Virus record (IMG/VR): IMGVR_UViG_3300044513_000342
Location: 1-59,948 of that record
Reading direction: 5' to 3' (one strand)
DNA: 59,948 bases
Origin: a virus
Lineage: Duplodnaviria > Caudoviricetes
The notes under the pieces are model-generated. The model had not been told where the DNA came from, searched no databases, and worked only from the letters and a program-made list of their open reading frames with translations. The translations under genes were made by a program, and so were the position numbers. Below are positions 1-7,525 of this stretch, piece after piece (the stretch's first letter is position 1; every line of letters starts with the position of its first letter).

Positions 1-90
1 GGCGATGGGTTCATCAGCAGAAGGAGGGACAGGGGATTGCCCCTTCTGTCCCTCCTTTCTGTTAATCTGGAAGCCAAATAACTGACTCAT
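1..90 (-). CDS. gp20: Portal vertex protein gp20, N-terminal fragment (runs off the window edge)
   Basis: Manual translation from ATG at 90 gives MSQLFGFQINRKEGQKGQSPVPPSADEPIA, a cyanophage gp20-type N-terminus. It follows gp19 as in T4 gene order, with a late promoter at 121-128. Confidence 0.85.
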   Translation of the reverse strand, partial: MSQLFGFQINRKEGQKGQSPVPPSADEPIA

Positions 91-120
91 GATTAAAATA
101 CAAACAGTTGAGCGTTCAAC

Positions 121-128
121 TATTTATT
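121..128 (-). promoter_or_regulatory. T4-type late promoter (AATAAATA) for gp20
   Basis: NATAAATA motif 30 nt upstream of the gp20 ATG. Confidence 0.7.
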
Positions 129-149
129 AAACTAAAAATACGCGGATTT

Positions 150-743
150 TTAGTTGGTAGCAGGAATGCTGATGCCAGAGATTCCGCCGTCATCAACAGT
201 CCAGTAAGACATTTGGAATTCAACAGAGAATTCTTCAATCTGATCATTGCTATCATAAGCAAGATCAATCTGGGAAATGCTGATTGGGAAAGCGTGCCAG
301 AGTTTGTAAGTTCTAAGAACAGAACCACCAGGATTGGTTGCATCTTTCTGTAGTTGAGATACAGTCAGATCCTTCATGTAGGATGCTGCACCACCAGAAG
401 GTGTGAATAGAGGAGCGGTATTTTCCTGATGAGTATTCATCTGGTCCATCCACTGCTCGAATCTGGAACGGATCTTCATGTCCTTATCATTGAAGAATGT
501 TGCAGACCAGTTATCGAAGGTTCTATCGCCAACGATTTTGACTGTTCTGCCACGGAAAGGAACATCGACACTTCCGAGAGAAGATCCTGGGAGTGCAGTA
601 GACTTACAGAGGAGAGTGATTAGCTCTCCATCTGTAGTGCCGCCTGCTGCATCGGGGAAAGGAATTCCTACCTCAAACATGTTGGGCTTTACGCCCTGTC
701 CAATTTGACCTAGGAAACCGTTAATGCTGCTTGATAATGGCAT
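150..743 (-). CDS. gp19: Tail tube protein gp19
   Basis: Motifs LCKSTALPGS, VPFRGRTVKIVGDRTFDNW, FPISISQIDLAYD and IEEFSVEF; lies between gp18 and gp20. Confidence 0.95.
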   Translation of the reverse strand: MPLSSSINGFLGQIGQGVKPNMFEVGIPFPDAAGGTTDGELITLLCKSTALPGSSLGSVDVPFRGRTVKIVGDRTFDNWSATFFNDKDMKIRSRFEQWMDQMNTHQENTAPLFTPSGGAASYMKDLTVSQLQKDATNPGGSVLRTYKLWHAFPISISQIDLAYDSNDQIEEFSVEFQMSYWTVDDGGISGISIPATN

Positions 744-780
744 TTGATTTTACCTCTTTAATGTTTTGCTATACTATTAA

Positions 781-2691
781 TTATCTACCAATGACTTCAC
801 TGAAGGAAACTCCAGTTCTCGTTGCCGTTAGAGTAACGGTTACATAGTTGATTGAGCGGGTTGGCTTGAGGTATAACTCAGCAACAAACTCGTTAGAATC
901 AATAACGGTAGGTGTGTTATTGGACGTATCACAAACAACGAGATAATCAGTCAGACCTCTACGTGCCTGAATGGAGGAGAGGTAAGATGTCATCGCAGAA
1001 GCAAAACCGCCTCTGGTGATTTCATCATTTTGCTCGAAGAGTACCTGCTCTCCAAGTGCTCTTGCTCTCTTCTCAATGTTAAGGAAGAGGCGACGAACAT
1101 TGATTCTGTCGAATGCAGAAGGAGATGCAAGTGCGGTCTTATCACCGAAGAGTACGGGACCAGAACCAGGGAATGCAACAACAGGGTTGATTCTTGACTG
1201 GTAAAGCTCGTCTCTGTCTGCCTTGTTTGGATTGTATGCTAGTTTTACAACGTTGCGAATACCGCCACGGTTTAGACCAGCAGGAGAAACCCAATCATCT
1301 ACAGTTGCAGATGTTCTTACACATAGACCAGCGATATCACCGTTACAACCGATGTAGCGGTACTTATCGTTGAAGCGATCATAAGTGTACTTAATTCCGC
1401 TGTCAAATACAGCGAAAGAAGTTGATGCTAGATTCTCAAAGAATCCTAGTGTATTTTCTCTTTGCTGAGTAGAAGTTAGTGCTCCACCAGAAGAAGCAAC
1501 TTGGTTGCCAACGTGAGGAGAAACAAACGCGATGCAATCCTGTCTAACGGTTGCAACACCAATAACTGCTCCTGCTTTTGTCTTAGAGTCAGTTTCGTTT
1601 GCCATTGAACCACCCATGAGTACGAAGTCAATTTCAGTTGCTTCGGTATCTTGGAAGAGGTTATAAGCAGTGGTGATTTCGCCAGCAGTGTATGCGTAAT
1701 CATCAGTACCACCTGATAGGAGGTAACCATCAAAATTATTTCCAGTTCCAGAAGGAAGAATCAACTTCATTAGTTCTGGAGCTCCAGCCGTTGCAGCGTA
1801 AGAAGCAGCAGCATTACCCCATGCGTTGCCAGTAGCCTGAAGATTTGTTGACTGCTCGGAACCAGAATAGATGTAACCAGACTCTAGATTAACTCTATCT
1901 CTCCAGTAGTTTGATGCGCCTTCTGGAGTTACAGCATCGCTTAGTTTAGAAGCATAAAGGAACTTCTCAACTACAGCGTTGGTTCTCTCATCGATAACTG
2001 CAACGTGTACTTCGTCATAGCTCAGGTAGTTTTCTGCAGCAAATGCAGATGTGCCTGGGCGAGGACCAATTGCACTGAGTTTTAGACCAGTTCCTGCGAT
2101 GGAAGTGTTGTTATACCATGGGGTTGTGGTAACACCATTTGCAGATGCCTTAACACCATCGGTATTGATGATTGCAATTGTGTTAGCGTCGATAACAGTG
2201 TAGACCTCGTGGTCATTAATGCCATCATTGTATGTTGCGCCAACTGCTAAACCGTGAGAAGCAACAGTTGCAATTTCGTCAGCACCACGGTCAACAATAA
2301 CAACACGATAGTTGTTGCCTTCTGTACCAGCATAGCGTGCTGCTAGAACTTCAGATGTAGCGCCACCATCAAAATCATCTTTAGTTGCGATGAGAGCACC
2401 GCTTCCAGATTCGGTTGCGTTTAGGACTCCAGTTGCTGCTCTTACAACGGCAAGTCTGCCGCCGTATCCTAAGTATTCTGATGCTACCAACCAATCAGCA
2501 GCGTTATCTTCTCCAGGACCACCAAAAGTATCGATTAGTTCTCTTTCAGAAGAGACGTTAACGATCTGACCAATGGGTCCTTTTCTGAATGTCGAAGCGA
2601 ATGCAGCTGTTACTGCTACATCACCAACGATAACGGCATTAGAAAGGTCACGTTCTTTAATGATAACACCAGGCGAGACTTGACTTGCCAT
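781..2691 (-). CDS. gp18: Tail sheath protein gp18
   Basis: N-terminus MASQVSPGVIIKERDL; motifs WVSPAGLNRG, GDKT, FDRINVRRLF and KPTRSINY. Start moved to ATG 2691, which has GAGGT upstream. Confidence 0.96.
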   Translation of the reverse strand: MASQVSPGVIIKERDLSNAVIVGDVAVTAAFASTFRKGPIGQIVNVSSERELIDTFGGPGEDNAADWLVASEYLGYGGRLAVVRAATGVLNATESGSGALIATKDDFDGGATSEVLAARYAGTEGNNYRVVIVDRGADEIATVASHGLAVGATYNDGINDHEVYTVIDANTIAIINTDGVKASANGVTTTPWYNNTSIAGTGLKLSAIGPRPGTSAFAAENYLSYDEVHVAVIDERTNAVVEKFLYASKLSDAVTPEGASNYWRDRVNLESGYIYSGSEQSTNLQATGNAWGNAAASYAATAGAPELMKLILPSGTGNNFDGYLLSGGTDDYAYTAGEITTAYNLFQDTEATEIDFVLMGGSMANETDSKTKAGAVIGVATVRQDCIAFVSPHVGNQVASSGGALTSTQQRENTLGFFENLASTSFAVFDSGIKYTYDRFNDKYRYIGCNGDIAGLCVRTSATVDDWVSPAGLNRGGIRNVVKLAYNPNKADRDELYQSRINPVVAFPGSGPVLFGDKTALASPSAFDRINVRRLFLNIEKRARALGEQVLFEQNDEITRGGFASAMTSYLSSIQARRGLTDYLVVCDTSNNTPTVIDSNEFVAELYLKPTRSINYVTVTLTATRTGVSFSEVIGR

Positions 2692-2710
2692 GTTTTTACC
2701 TCGTAGATAT

Positions 2711-2745
2711 TCCAAAATTTATCTAAATCTATTTAGATTTTTGGA
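2711..2745 (-). promoter_or_regulatory. Late promoter CTAAATA (2730-2736) inside an inverted repeat upstream of gp18
   Basis: Minus strand reads TCCAAAAATCTAAATAGATTTAGATAAATTTTGGA. Arms are TCCAAAA/TTTTGGA and ATCTAAAT/ATTTAGAT. Confidence 0.6.
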
Positions 2746-2773
2746 TGTTTCAAACGGGGAAACTATGCGTGAA

Positions 2774-3004
2774 CTACCAGTCTGGATAACCCCAGTCAAA
2801 AAATGGATCTCTCTTTTTTCTAGTGTCCATCACTCTTTTAACTGTGCAGTCTTTGCATTCGTATGAGTATGCTGACGGAAGACCTCTTTTATTTTTTCTT
2901 GTCAAATAATAATCTTCGATCAAGACTTTCTTTTCTCCACAAACCCTACAAATTCTTTCTTTAAAAAGTAGATGTTCTAAAGAAAACTGATCTCCAATAT
3001 CCAT
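2774..3004 (-). CDS. Small Zn-ribbon-like protein (CxxC...CxxC) after the terminase
   Basis: CRVC and CKDC pairs. ATG at 3004 overlaps the gp17 stop (TAATG). Confidence 0.75.
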   Translation of the reverse strand: MDIGDQFSLEHLLFKERICRVCGEKKVLIEDYYLTRKNKRGLPSAYSYECKDCTVKRVMDTRKKRDPFFDWGYPDW

Positions 3005-4656
3005 TAGTAATTCCACATGTAAGATACTTCTTCTTGAGTATTACCATATTCCCAGAGGTTTCCATCTGCATCGATGTAAGTATCATCTCCCAATCCATCA
3101 TCAATAAAACCAAAAGGTGCCATGTCTTGCTCAATTTGATTTCTTTGTTCTTCATAAATCCTTCTTCTGATGTCCTGGTCAGTCATCTCCTTGAAGTATT
3201 CTTGCATGACTAACCATGCAAAGAGAACCATACACATCACAAGGTCATCATGGTATCCTTCATCTGCTTCCCATGCTTGTTTCTTCTGCACAAATGTGGT
3301 AAGCTCTTGGAAGATCTGGAAGTCATTGAACAATAACTTGTCTTCCTCAATAATTGCTTTGAGGTTCGCGCAACCAATCTTCTTCACGGTCACGCTCATC
3401 TTTACACCTAGTTGTGTTTTGTTTCCTGAGAATCCTTGTCCGACGATTTGACCCGCTCTGCCACGCATAGCACACATAAGGACGTTAGGATACTCAAGAT
3501 CGTAATTGAGAGTTGCAGCAATACTATCACCGATATCATTGACTTCTACCAGAACGTATGGATTATTATATTCTTTGCAGACTTGAAAAATTACTGAGGG
3601 AAACAGTACAGGTTTAATCTCATTATTTCTGTACTTTGCAACGATCTTATACGGCATCGTGGTGATATCAAACACGAGGAAAGCACTATAGTCGCCACCA
3701 ATTCCTCTGGCAACGTCCACAGTAATAATATATTCGTGATCCTTTTGCACTCTCTCATACACGTCAAGTCCTGCATTGCTCTGTATAGGATCTGCGAAAG
3801 GAATAGTTTGTAGTTTAGATGGACTGATAAGTGTATCAGCAGATCCAAGGAAGTCGCACTCAAACTCTTGAGAGAACTGCCGTGGAGATGTGTTCTTAAT
3901 TGTTTCTTCTTTCCACTTGGCATCCCTTCCTGGGACCTGTGACCAGTGGACTTCATTAGTAACATAATCATTCTTACCTCTCCTAGCATCTTCCCACATC
4001 TTATAAAAGTGGTTCATGCCATTCGGCGTTGAGATAATTATGACTTTCGTTGATTTACCAGAAGTAATAGTAGGATAAACACTGGCAAAGAATTGCTCTG
4101 CAACATGGTTTGGAACGAAGGCGAATTCGTCGAGGAAGAGAATATTGAACGACATGCCACGGACAGCAGACGCAGATGTAGAAGCTGCCAATATCTTACT
4201 GCCATTTTCTAACTCCACATTACCTTTGTTCCATACCAGGATACCATGCTGCATCCACTTTGGTAAATTTTCGTAAGCAAGTTGTAATCTTCCTAGAAGT
4301 TCCCTAGCGGTAGATGCCTTGTTTGCAAGAATACCAATGTTAACGCTATCATAGAAAATTGCATAATAAAGAAGATAAGCGACAACCGTAGTAGACTTTC
4401 CTGTTTGTCTTGGGAGCTTTGCGATGTTGAATCTGTTTTCATGGAAGTCGCGCAGAATTTCCTTTTGAAAATCATACATCTTGAAAGGTACTAAACCTTC
4501 ATCAAGAGAGATGATCTGAATGTAATTCATAGCAAAGTAGATAGGATCATTCTTACATTTGATCCATTCATCAATTTGCTTCTTTGTAAATTGAATGGGT
4601 GTACCCGCCTTCTTCAGGTTCGGGTTGCCCAAATAAACATCATTACTAGTTGCCAC
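3004..4656 (-). CDS. gp17: Terminase large subunit gp17
   Basis: YLGNPNLK, Walker A PRQTGKST, Walker B LFLDEFAF, IISTPNG, nuclease motifs VDVARG and HDDLVM. GTG start. Confidence 0.98.
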   Translation of the reverse strand: MATSNDVYLGNPNLKKAGTPIQFTKKQIDEWIKCKNDPIYFAMNYIQIISLDEGLVPFKMYDFQKEILRDFHENRFNIAKLPRQTGKSTTVVAYLLYYAIFYDSVNIGILANKASTARELLGRLQLAYENLPKWMQHGILVWNKGNVELENGSKILAASTSASAVRGMSFNILFLDEFAFVPNHVAEQFFASVYPTITSGKSTKVIIISTPNGMNHFYKMWEDARRGKNDYVTNEVHWSQVPGRDAKWKEETIKNTSPRQFSQEFECDFLGSADTLISPSKLQTIPFADPIQSNAGLDVYERVQKDHEYIITVDVARGIGGDYSAFLVFDITTMPYKIVAKYRNNEIKPVLFPSVIFQVCKEYNNPYVLVEVNDIGDSIAATLNYDLEYPNVLMCAMRGRAGQIVGQGFSGNKTQLGVKMSVTVKKIGCANLKAIIEEDKLLFNDFQIFQELTTFVQKKQAWEADEGYHDDLVMCMVLFAWLVMQEYFKEMTDQDIRRRIYEEQRNQIEQDMAPFGFIDDGLGDDTYIDADGNLWEYGNTQEEVSYMWNY

Positions 4657-4676
4657 AACAATCAGATCACTACTGA

Positions 4677-4955
4677 TTATTTATCTTTCATGTCCTTGTC
4701 CATCTCTGGACCATTGTTTTGTAGATCTTCCAATCTCTTTGCCCAAGTATCTCCACCATCAGCACCACGCTTTGGGTTGATACACTGATGATTTGCTAAC
4801 TTATTGCAAACAAGACCAGCGAGGTCTAACTCATTTCCTTTTTTGCCTGTGCCAGACCAGTAGTGTTGTCCGTTGATCCAGACAGCACCACACTTGGGAC
4901 ACTCTGCTCTACTCATTGATAGATCAGAATACTCCCTATCCTCTCTGTCTCTCAT
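4677..4955 (-). CDS. Hypothetical protein with Cys motifs (CPKC...C...C)
   Basis: 92-aa ORF with ATGA overlap to the upstream ORF; cyanophage-type sequence. Confidence 0.75.
   Translation of the reverse strand: MRDREDREYSDLSMSRAECPKCGAVWINGQHYWSGTGKKGNELDLAGLVCNKLANHQCINPKRGADGGDTWAKRLEDLQNNGPEMDKDMKDK
4678..4685 (-). promoter_or_regulatory. Late promoter GATAAATA for gp17
   Basis: NATAAATA about 21 nt upstream of the gp17 start, overlapping the upstream stop codon. Confidence 0.6.
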
Positions 4956-5167
4956 TTCTTTAGTTCCTGTAGCATTTTTTCAATGTTCGCGGTATCCTTT
5001 ACAAGTTGACGCTTTAGTTTCCTACGCATCAATTCCATTCTAAATTGAATCCACGCATAACGTAGCTGGAGATCCACATAAGCAAAAAACCTCATCGTTG
5101 CTTCAACCCCGCCAATGGCAAAAAGGATTAAAACAAAGATGAGGATTAGGTAAGTCCCGTACATCAT
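4952..5167 (-). CDS. Small membrane protein (N-terminal TM helix, basic tail)
   Basis: Hydrophobic YLILIFVLILFAIGG; TATAAT at 5189-5194 upstream. Confidence 0.75.
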   Translation of the reverse strand: MMYGTYLILIFVLILFAIGGVEATMRFFAYVDLQLRYAWIQFRMELMRRKLKRQLVKDTANIEKMLQELKK

Positions 5168-5286
5168 GTGTTACATCCAGCTACACTTATTATAGTTTAT
5201 CTAGGAAAAAATAGTGTAAAATTTTATTACGATTTTATAAGTATCGCTTTACACACCAATTATATTTTTATAATATACTGGTTGCT

Positions 5287-5742
5287 TTACAGAGAACCGT
5301 TGGCACGTCTGATTTCTCTAAGCTCTTCGAAGTCTTTTTGCTTAGTGCCGCCATCGTATGCCCAAGCGTAGCCTTCTGTAATCATTTGCTCATTGAGTGA
5401 GAGTTCTGCGTCTCCAATGTAGAGCCACCCGAGAAGACGCCCATATTTACCCACACCACCAACAAGCTCAGTACGAACAGTAAGCTCATCGTCGCCACTG
5501 ATAGCACCTTCAAGCTTGTCCTTAAGCCAGTTGGTGGCATCGTATCCCAATGCTTTCTCTTCAGCGTCCTTAGTTCGTTTTTCTGGTGTGTCCACTCCAG
5601 CAACTCTAACTCTTTCTTTTTTATATAAGTCAAAACCAAGATCAATCGTGACATCAATTGTGTCGCCATCCAATACTCTATCTATGCTGATCACTCGGAA
5701 GTTGTAGCAGCTCTTCCTGCTCGGGGGTGTCATAGATCCCAT
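5287..5742 (-). CDS. Thermonuclease (SNase-like) family protein
   Basis: RVLDGDTID, RVRVAGVDTPE, GKYGRLLG and LNEQMITEGYA motifs. Start is 5742 or 5754. Confidence 0.85.
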   Translation of the reverse strand: MGSMTPPSRKSCYNFRVISIDRVLDGDTIDVTIDLGFDLYKKERVRVAGVDTPEKRTKDAEEKALGYDATNWLKDKLEGAISGDDELTVRTELVGGVGKYGRLLGWLYIGDAELSLNEQMITEGYAWAYDGGTKQKDFEELREIRRANGSL

Positions 5743-5872
5743 TTTCTCTTTCATCGATGCCTAGTATATAGTAGACAATATAAAAAACCCCCGCTAGGAG
5801 TAGCATGATACTGAATATCACACTCCAAACGGGGTCATTTATATCATTCAGTGGGCGGAGTAGGAGGTTCAT
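5678..5872 (-). CDS. Small single-pass membrane protein
   Basis: MNLLLRPLNDINDPVWSVIFSIMLLLAGVFYIVYYILG...; start re-called to ATG 5872. Confidence 0.7.
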   Translation of the reverse strand: MNLLLRPLNDINDPVWSVIFSIMLLLAGVFYIVYYILGIDERENGIYDTPEQEELLQLPSDQHR

Positions 5873-6023
5873 GACGACTAAATGGTTCCCAATGTTCCCA
5901 ACCATATTTATGGACTGCCCACATTCCAAGGATAGGAACGAATACTAAAAGGAACCCCATGACACCTAGGCACCACGGGCGTTCCATTACTGCTCTTGCT
6001 ATGTGTCCTAGTTGATGCATCAT
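5844..6023 (-). CDS. Small membrane protein (59 aa, not in ORF track)
   Basis: Manual translation MMHQLGHIARAVMERPWCLGVMGFLLVFVPILGMWAVHKYGWEHWEPFSRHEPPTPPTE; ATGA overlap with the upstream ORF. Confidence 0.7.
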   Translation of the reverse strand: MMHQLGHIARAVMERPWCLGVMGFLLVFVPILGMWAVHKYGWEHWEPFSRHEPPTPPTE

Positions 6024-6106
6024 TGATCTGACAAAATAGAAATAAGAAAAAGAAAAATACCAAACGAAAGCATAAAACCTAAGATGAACGCTTCTGAAAA
6101 TTCCAT
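6020..6106 (-). CDS. 28-aa hydrophobic micro-protein (not in ORF track)
   Basis: MEFSEAFILGFMLSFGIFLFLISILSDQ. It fills the gap and its stop overlaps the next start (ATGA). Confidence 0.5.
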   Translation of the reverse strand: MEFSEAFILGFMLSFGIFLFLISILSDQ

Positions 6107-6249
6107 GTTTCCCAGGGGTCGCAATTGTGTACGCAGGATTTTGGATGTGCCCACTCAGATTCTTTTTGCATTCCTAATTGACATCTCAATCTTCTGATCT
6201 CTTCTTTGAGCCAGAGATTTTCATTTTCTAATTCTGATATTCTGTCCAT
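6079..6249 (-). CDS. Hypothetical coiled-coil micro-protein (56 aa, not in ORF track)
   Basis: MDRISELENENLWLKEEIRRLRCQLGMQKESEWAHPKSCVHNCDPWETWNFQKRSS; tightly packed with neighbours. Confidence 0.65.
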   Translation of the reverse strand: MDRISELENENLWLKEEIRRLRCQLGMQKESEWAHPKSCVHNCDPWETWNFQKRSS

Positions 6250-6422
6250 AATGATCTAAAGTATCTGTCAACGTGGTGTAAACAATCGAGGGGTGCTATC
6301 TCTTCACCTAACGCCCACTCAAAACATAAGTCGGACATTTCTTGAGTGACGTGAGGCACCCCAAACATTCTAGAAAAAGATGATAAAGAAAAATCGTACC
6401 GCCGCTTAGTGGGCGGTTCCAT
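6228..6422 (-). CDS. Hypothetical protein
   Basis: Track ORF 6228..6470 re-started at MEPPTKRRYDF (ATG 6422) to reduce the overlap with the NdhP-like gene. Confidence 0.65.
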   Translation of the reverse strand: MEPPTKRRYDFSLSSFSRMFGVPHVTQEMSDLCFEWALGEEIAPLDCLHHVDRYFRSLWTEYQN

Positions 6423-6537
6423 TTCCCTTGTACATATCGGTGTCATAGTATCCACCCTTCCTAGATCCAAAGTAAAGTGTAGTTAAAACAAAAGGCACCG
6501 CTATGATTAGCAGTGCCCGTCCCAATAAATGCTCCAT
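6406..6537 (-). CDS. ndhP: NdhP-like subunit of photosynthetic complex I (NDH-1L), 43 aa (not in ORF track)
   Basis: MEHLLGRALLIIAVPFVLTTLYFGSRKGGYYDTDMYKGNGTAH: one TM helix followed by FGxxxG[FY]YD[TS]DxYxGNG[ST]AH, the cyanobacterial NdhP C-terminal signature. Confidence 0.85.
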   Translation of the reverse strand: MEHLLGRALLIIAVPFVLTTLYFGSRKGGYYDTDMYKGNGTAH

Positions 6538-6647
6538 GTTCTTTTGTCTTCTATGTGTGAAATGACTGAAGTTAATACGAACCATTCGGATGCTGTAGAA
6601 TAAACTACATACTTGATATCGTTTACCGTAACGATATACTTCCTCAT
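6507..6647 (-). CDS. Hypothetical micro-protein (46 aa, not in ORF track)
   Basis: MRKYIVTVNDIKYVVYSTASEWFVLTSVISHIEDKRTWSIYWDGHC; ATGA overlap with the upstream ORF. Confidence 0.6.
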   Translation of the reverse strand: MRKYIVTVNDIKYVVYSTASEWFVLTSVISHIEDKRTWSIYWDGHC

Positions 6648-6778
6648 GGATTGTGGTTCTTATTTGATTTGATTTGATTGTATCCCCAGACTGCTAGGGT
6701 GCCGATACCTAGACCAGCAATACAGCAAAGAAACATGTGAATAATGTGTTCGAAGGTTGAATGATCTGCGTGATTCAT
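6644..6778 (-). CDS. His-rich single-TM micro-protein coupled to petE (44 aa, not in ORF track)
   Basis: MNHADHSTFEHIIHMFLCCIAGLGIGTLAVWGYNQIKSNKNHNP; ATG overlaps the petE stop (ATGA). Confidence 0.7.
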   Translation of the reverse strand: MNHADHSTFEHIIHMFLCCIAGLGIGTLAVWGYNQIKSNKNHNP

Positions 6779-7098
6779 GAGACGTGAATAGTTCCTACCA
6801 TGCCAGCCCCCTTATGGGGACCACACCAGTAAGTATAGTCTCCTGCCTCTGGGAATGTCAACTCAAAGTCCTCGCCTGGTAACATAGCGAGACCTTCGTG
6901 GCTCAACTCAGGGTGATCCTCTACCACTACGTTGTGGGGAGGGAGCATGTTGTTAATAAAGTGGACCGATTCGCCAGCAGCGATGGATACCTCAGCAGGT
7001 TCAAAGACTAGGTTGCCATTGGCACCCATCATTACGTCAACCGCCCACGCTGGTGATGCGAGAAAGAGTGTAGCTAGAAGCGCAAAAAAGAACTTCAT
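6775..7098 (-). CDS. petE: Plastocyanin (auxiliary metabolic gene)
   Basis: Signal peptide ending AWA, LVFEP, PHNVV and YTYWCGPHKGAGMVG. All four type-1 Cu ligands are present. Confidence 0.96.
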   Translation of the reverse strand: MKFFFALLATLFLASPAWAVDVMMGANGNLVFEPAEVSIAAGESVHFINNMLPPHNVVVEDHPELSHEGLAMLPGEDFELTFPEAGDYTYWCGPHKGAGMVGTIHVS

Positions 7099-7116
7099 AA
7101 AACTTATTCAACTATC

Positions 7117-7340
7117 TTATCTAGGAGGTTCACTCTTTCCAGGAAATAGTTGTAGCTTATTGTAGCGTGGATTTGTTTTGACTTCCTGACTTATCATCTC
7201 GCCAAGTTCGTCAGAACATTGACACCACTTTTTTCTCGCCTCTGGCGCACCTAATGCTTTTTTTGCGACAAGCGGAACCATTCCCTCCACAATGCAGCAC
7301 ATTCATCTGATTTTTTATTGAGGTGTTCTTCTCTATACAC
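7117..7340 (-). CDS. Hypothetical protein split by a -1 frameshift at A AAA AAG (29-aa zero-frame ORF 7251..7340; 74 aa if shifted)
   Basis: The GTG start overlaps the upstream TAG. Zero frame is MYREEHLNKKSDECAALWREWFRLSQKKH*; the -1 frame continues ALGAPEARKKWCQCSDE...EPPR*. Confidence 0.6.
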
Positions 7341-7489
7341 TATGCTACGTTGTTTTCCTCTTCGTAATATTCTAGTTTATTGATTAGTTTTTCATACTGC
7401 TCCCACATGTATTCGGAACCAGTTTCATCCTGGTAATTTTTACATGCGCGGATTAACCTTGTGATATCGTCTGAGTTAAATTTCATCAT
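7340..7489 (-). CDS. Hypothetical micro-protein (49 aa, not in ORF track)
   Basis: MMKFNSDDITRLIRACKNYQDETGSEYMWEQYEKLINKLEYYEEENNVA; the stop overlaps the next GTG. Confidence 0.7.
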   Translation of the reverse strand: MMKFNSDDITRLIRACKNYQDETGSEYMWEQYEKLINKLEYYEEENNVA

Positions 7490-7525
7490 GGTAAAGACAC
7501 TCAATAGTAATTATATCTAGTTATC

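Noticed and set aside
3004-4656. Intein or intron in the terminase gp17
   Set aside because: The 550-aa length is normal, motifs are contiguous, and there are no splice-junction or homing endonuclease motifs.
5168-5286. Possible NtcA site in the intergenic gap (GTA-N9-TAC at 5216-5230; GT-N10-AC at 5241-5254)
   Set aside because: Neither matches GTA-N8-TAC. The first has the wrong internal spacing and the second is too far from the TATAAT at 5189-5194.
6020-6106. Calling the 28-aa peptide PetN, PetL or a Psb subunit
   Set aside because: Size and hydrophobicity fit, but diagnostic residues such as PetN's WGRxG are missing, so it is left unnamed.
7117-7302. Track ORF starting MCCIVEG as an independent gene
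   Set aside because: It has no evident RBS and starts inside the coupled GTG ORF. It is better explained as the -1 frame continuation of 7251..7340.
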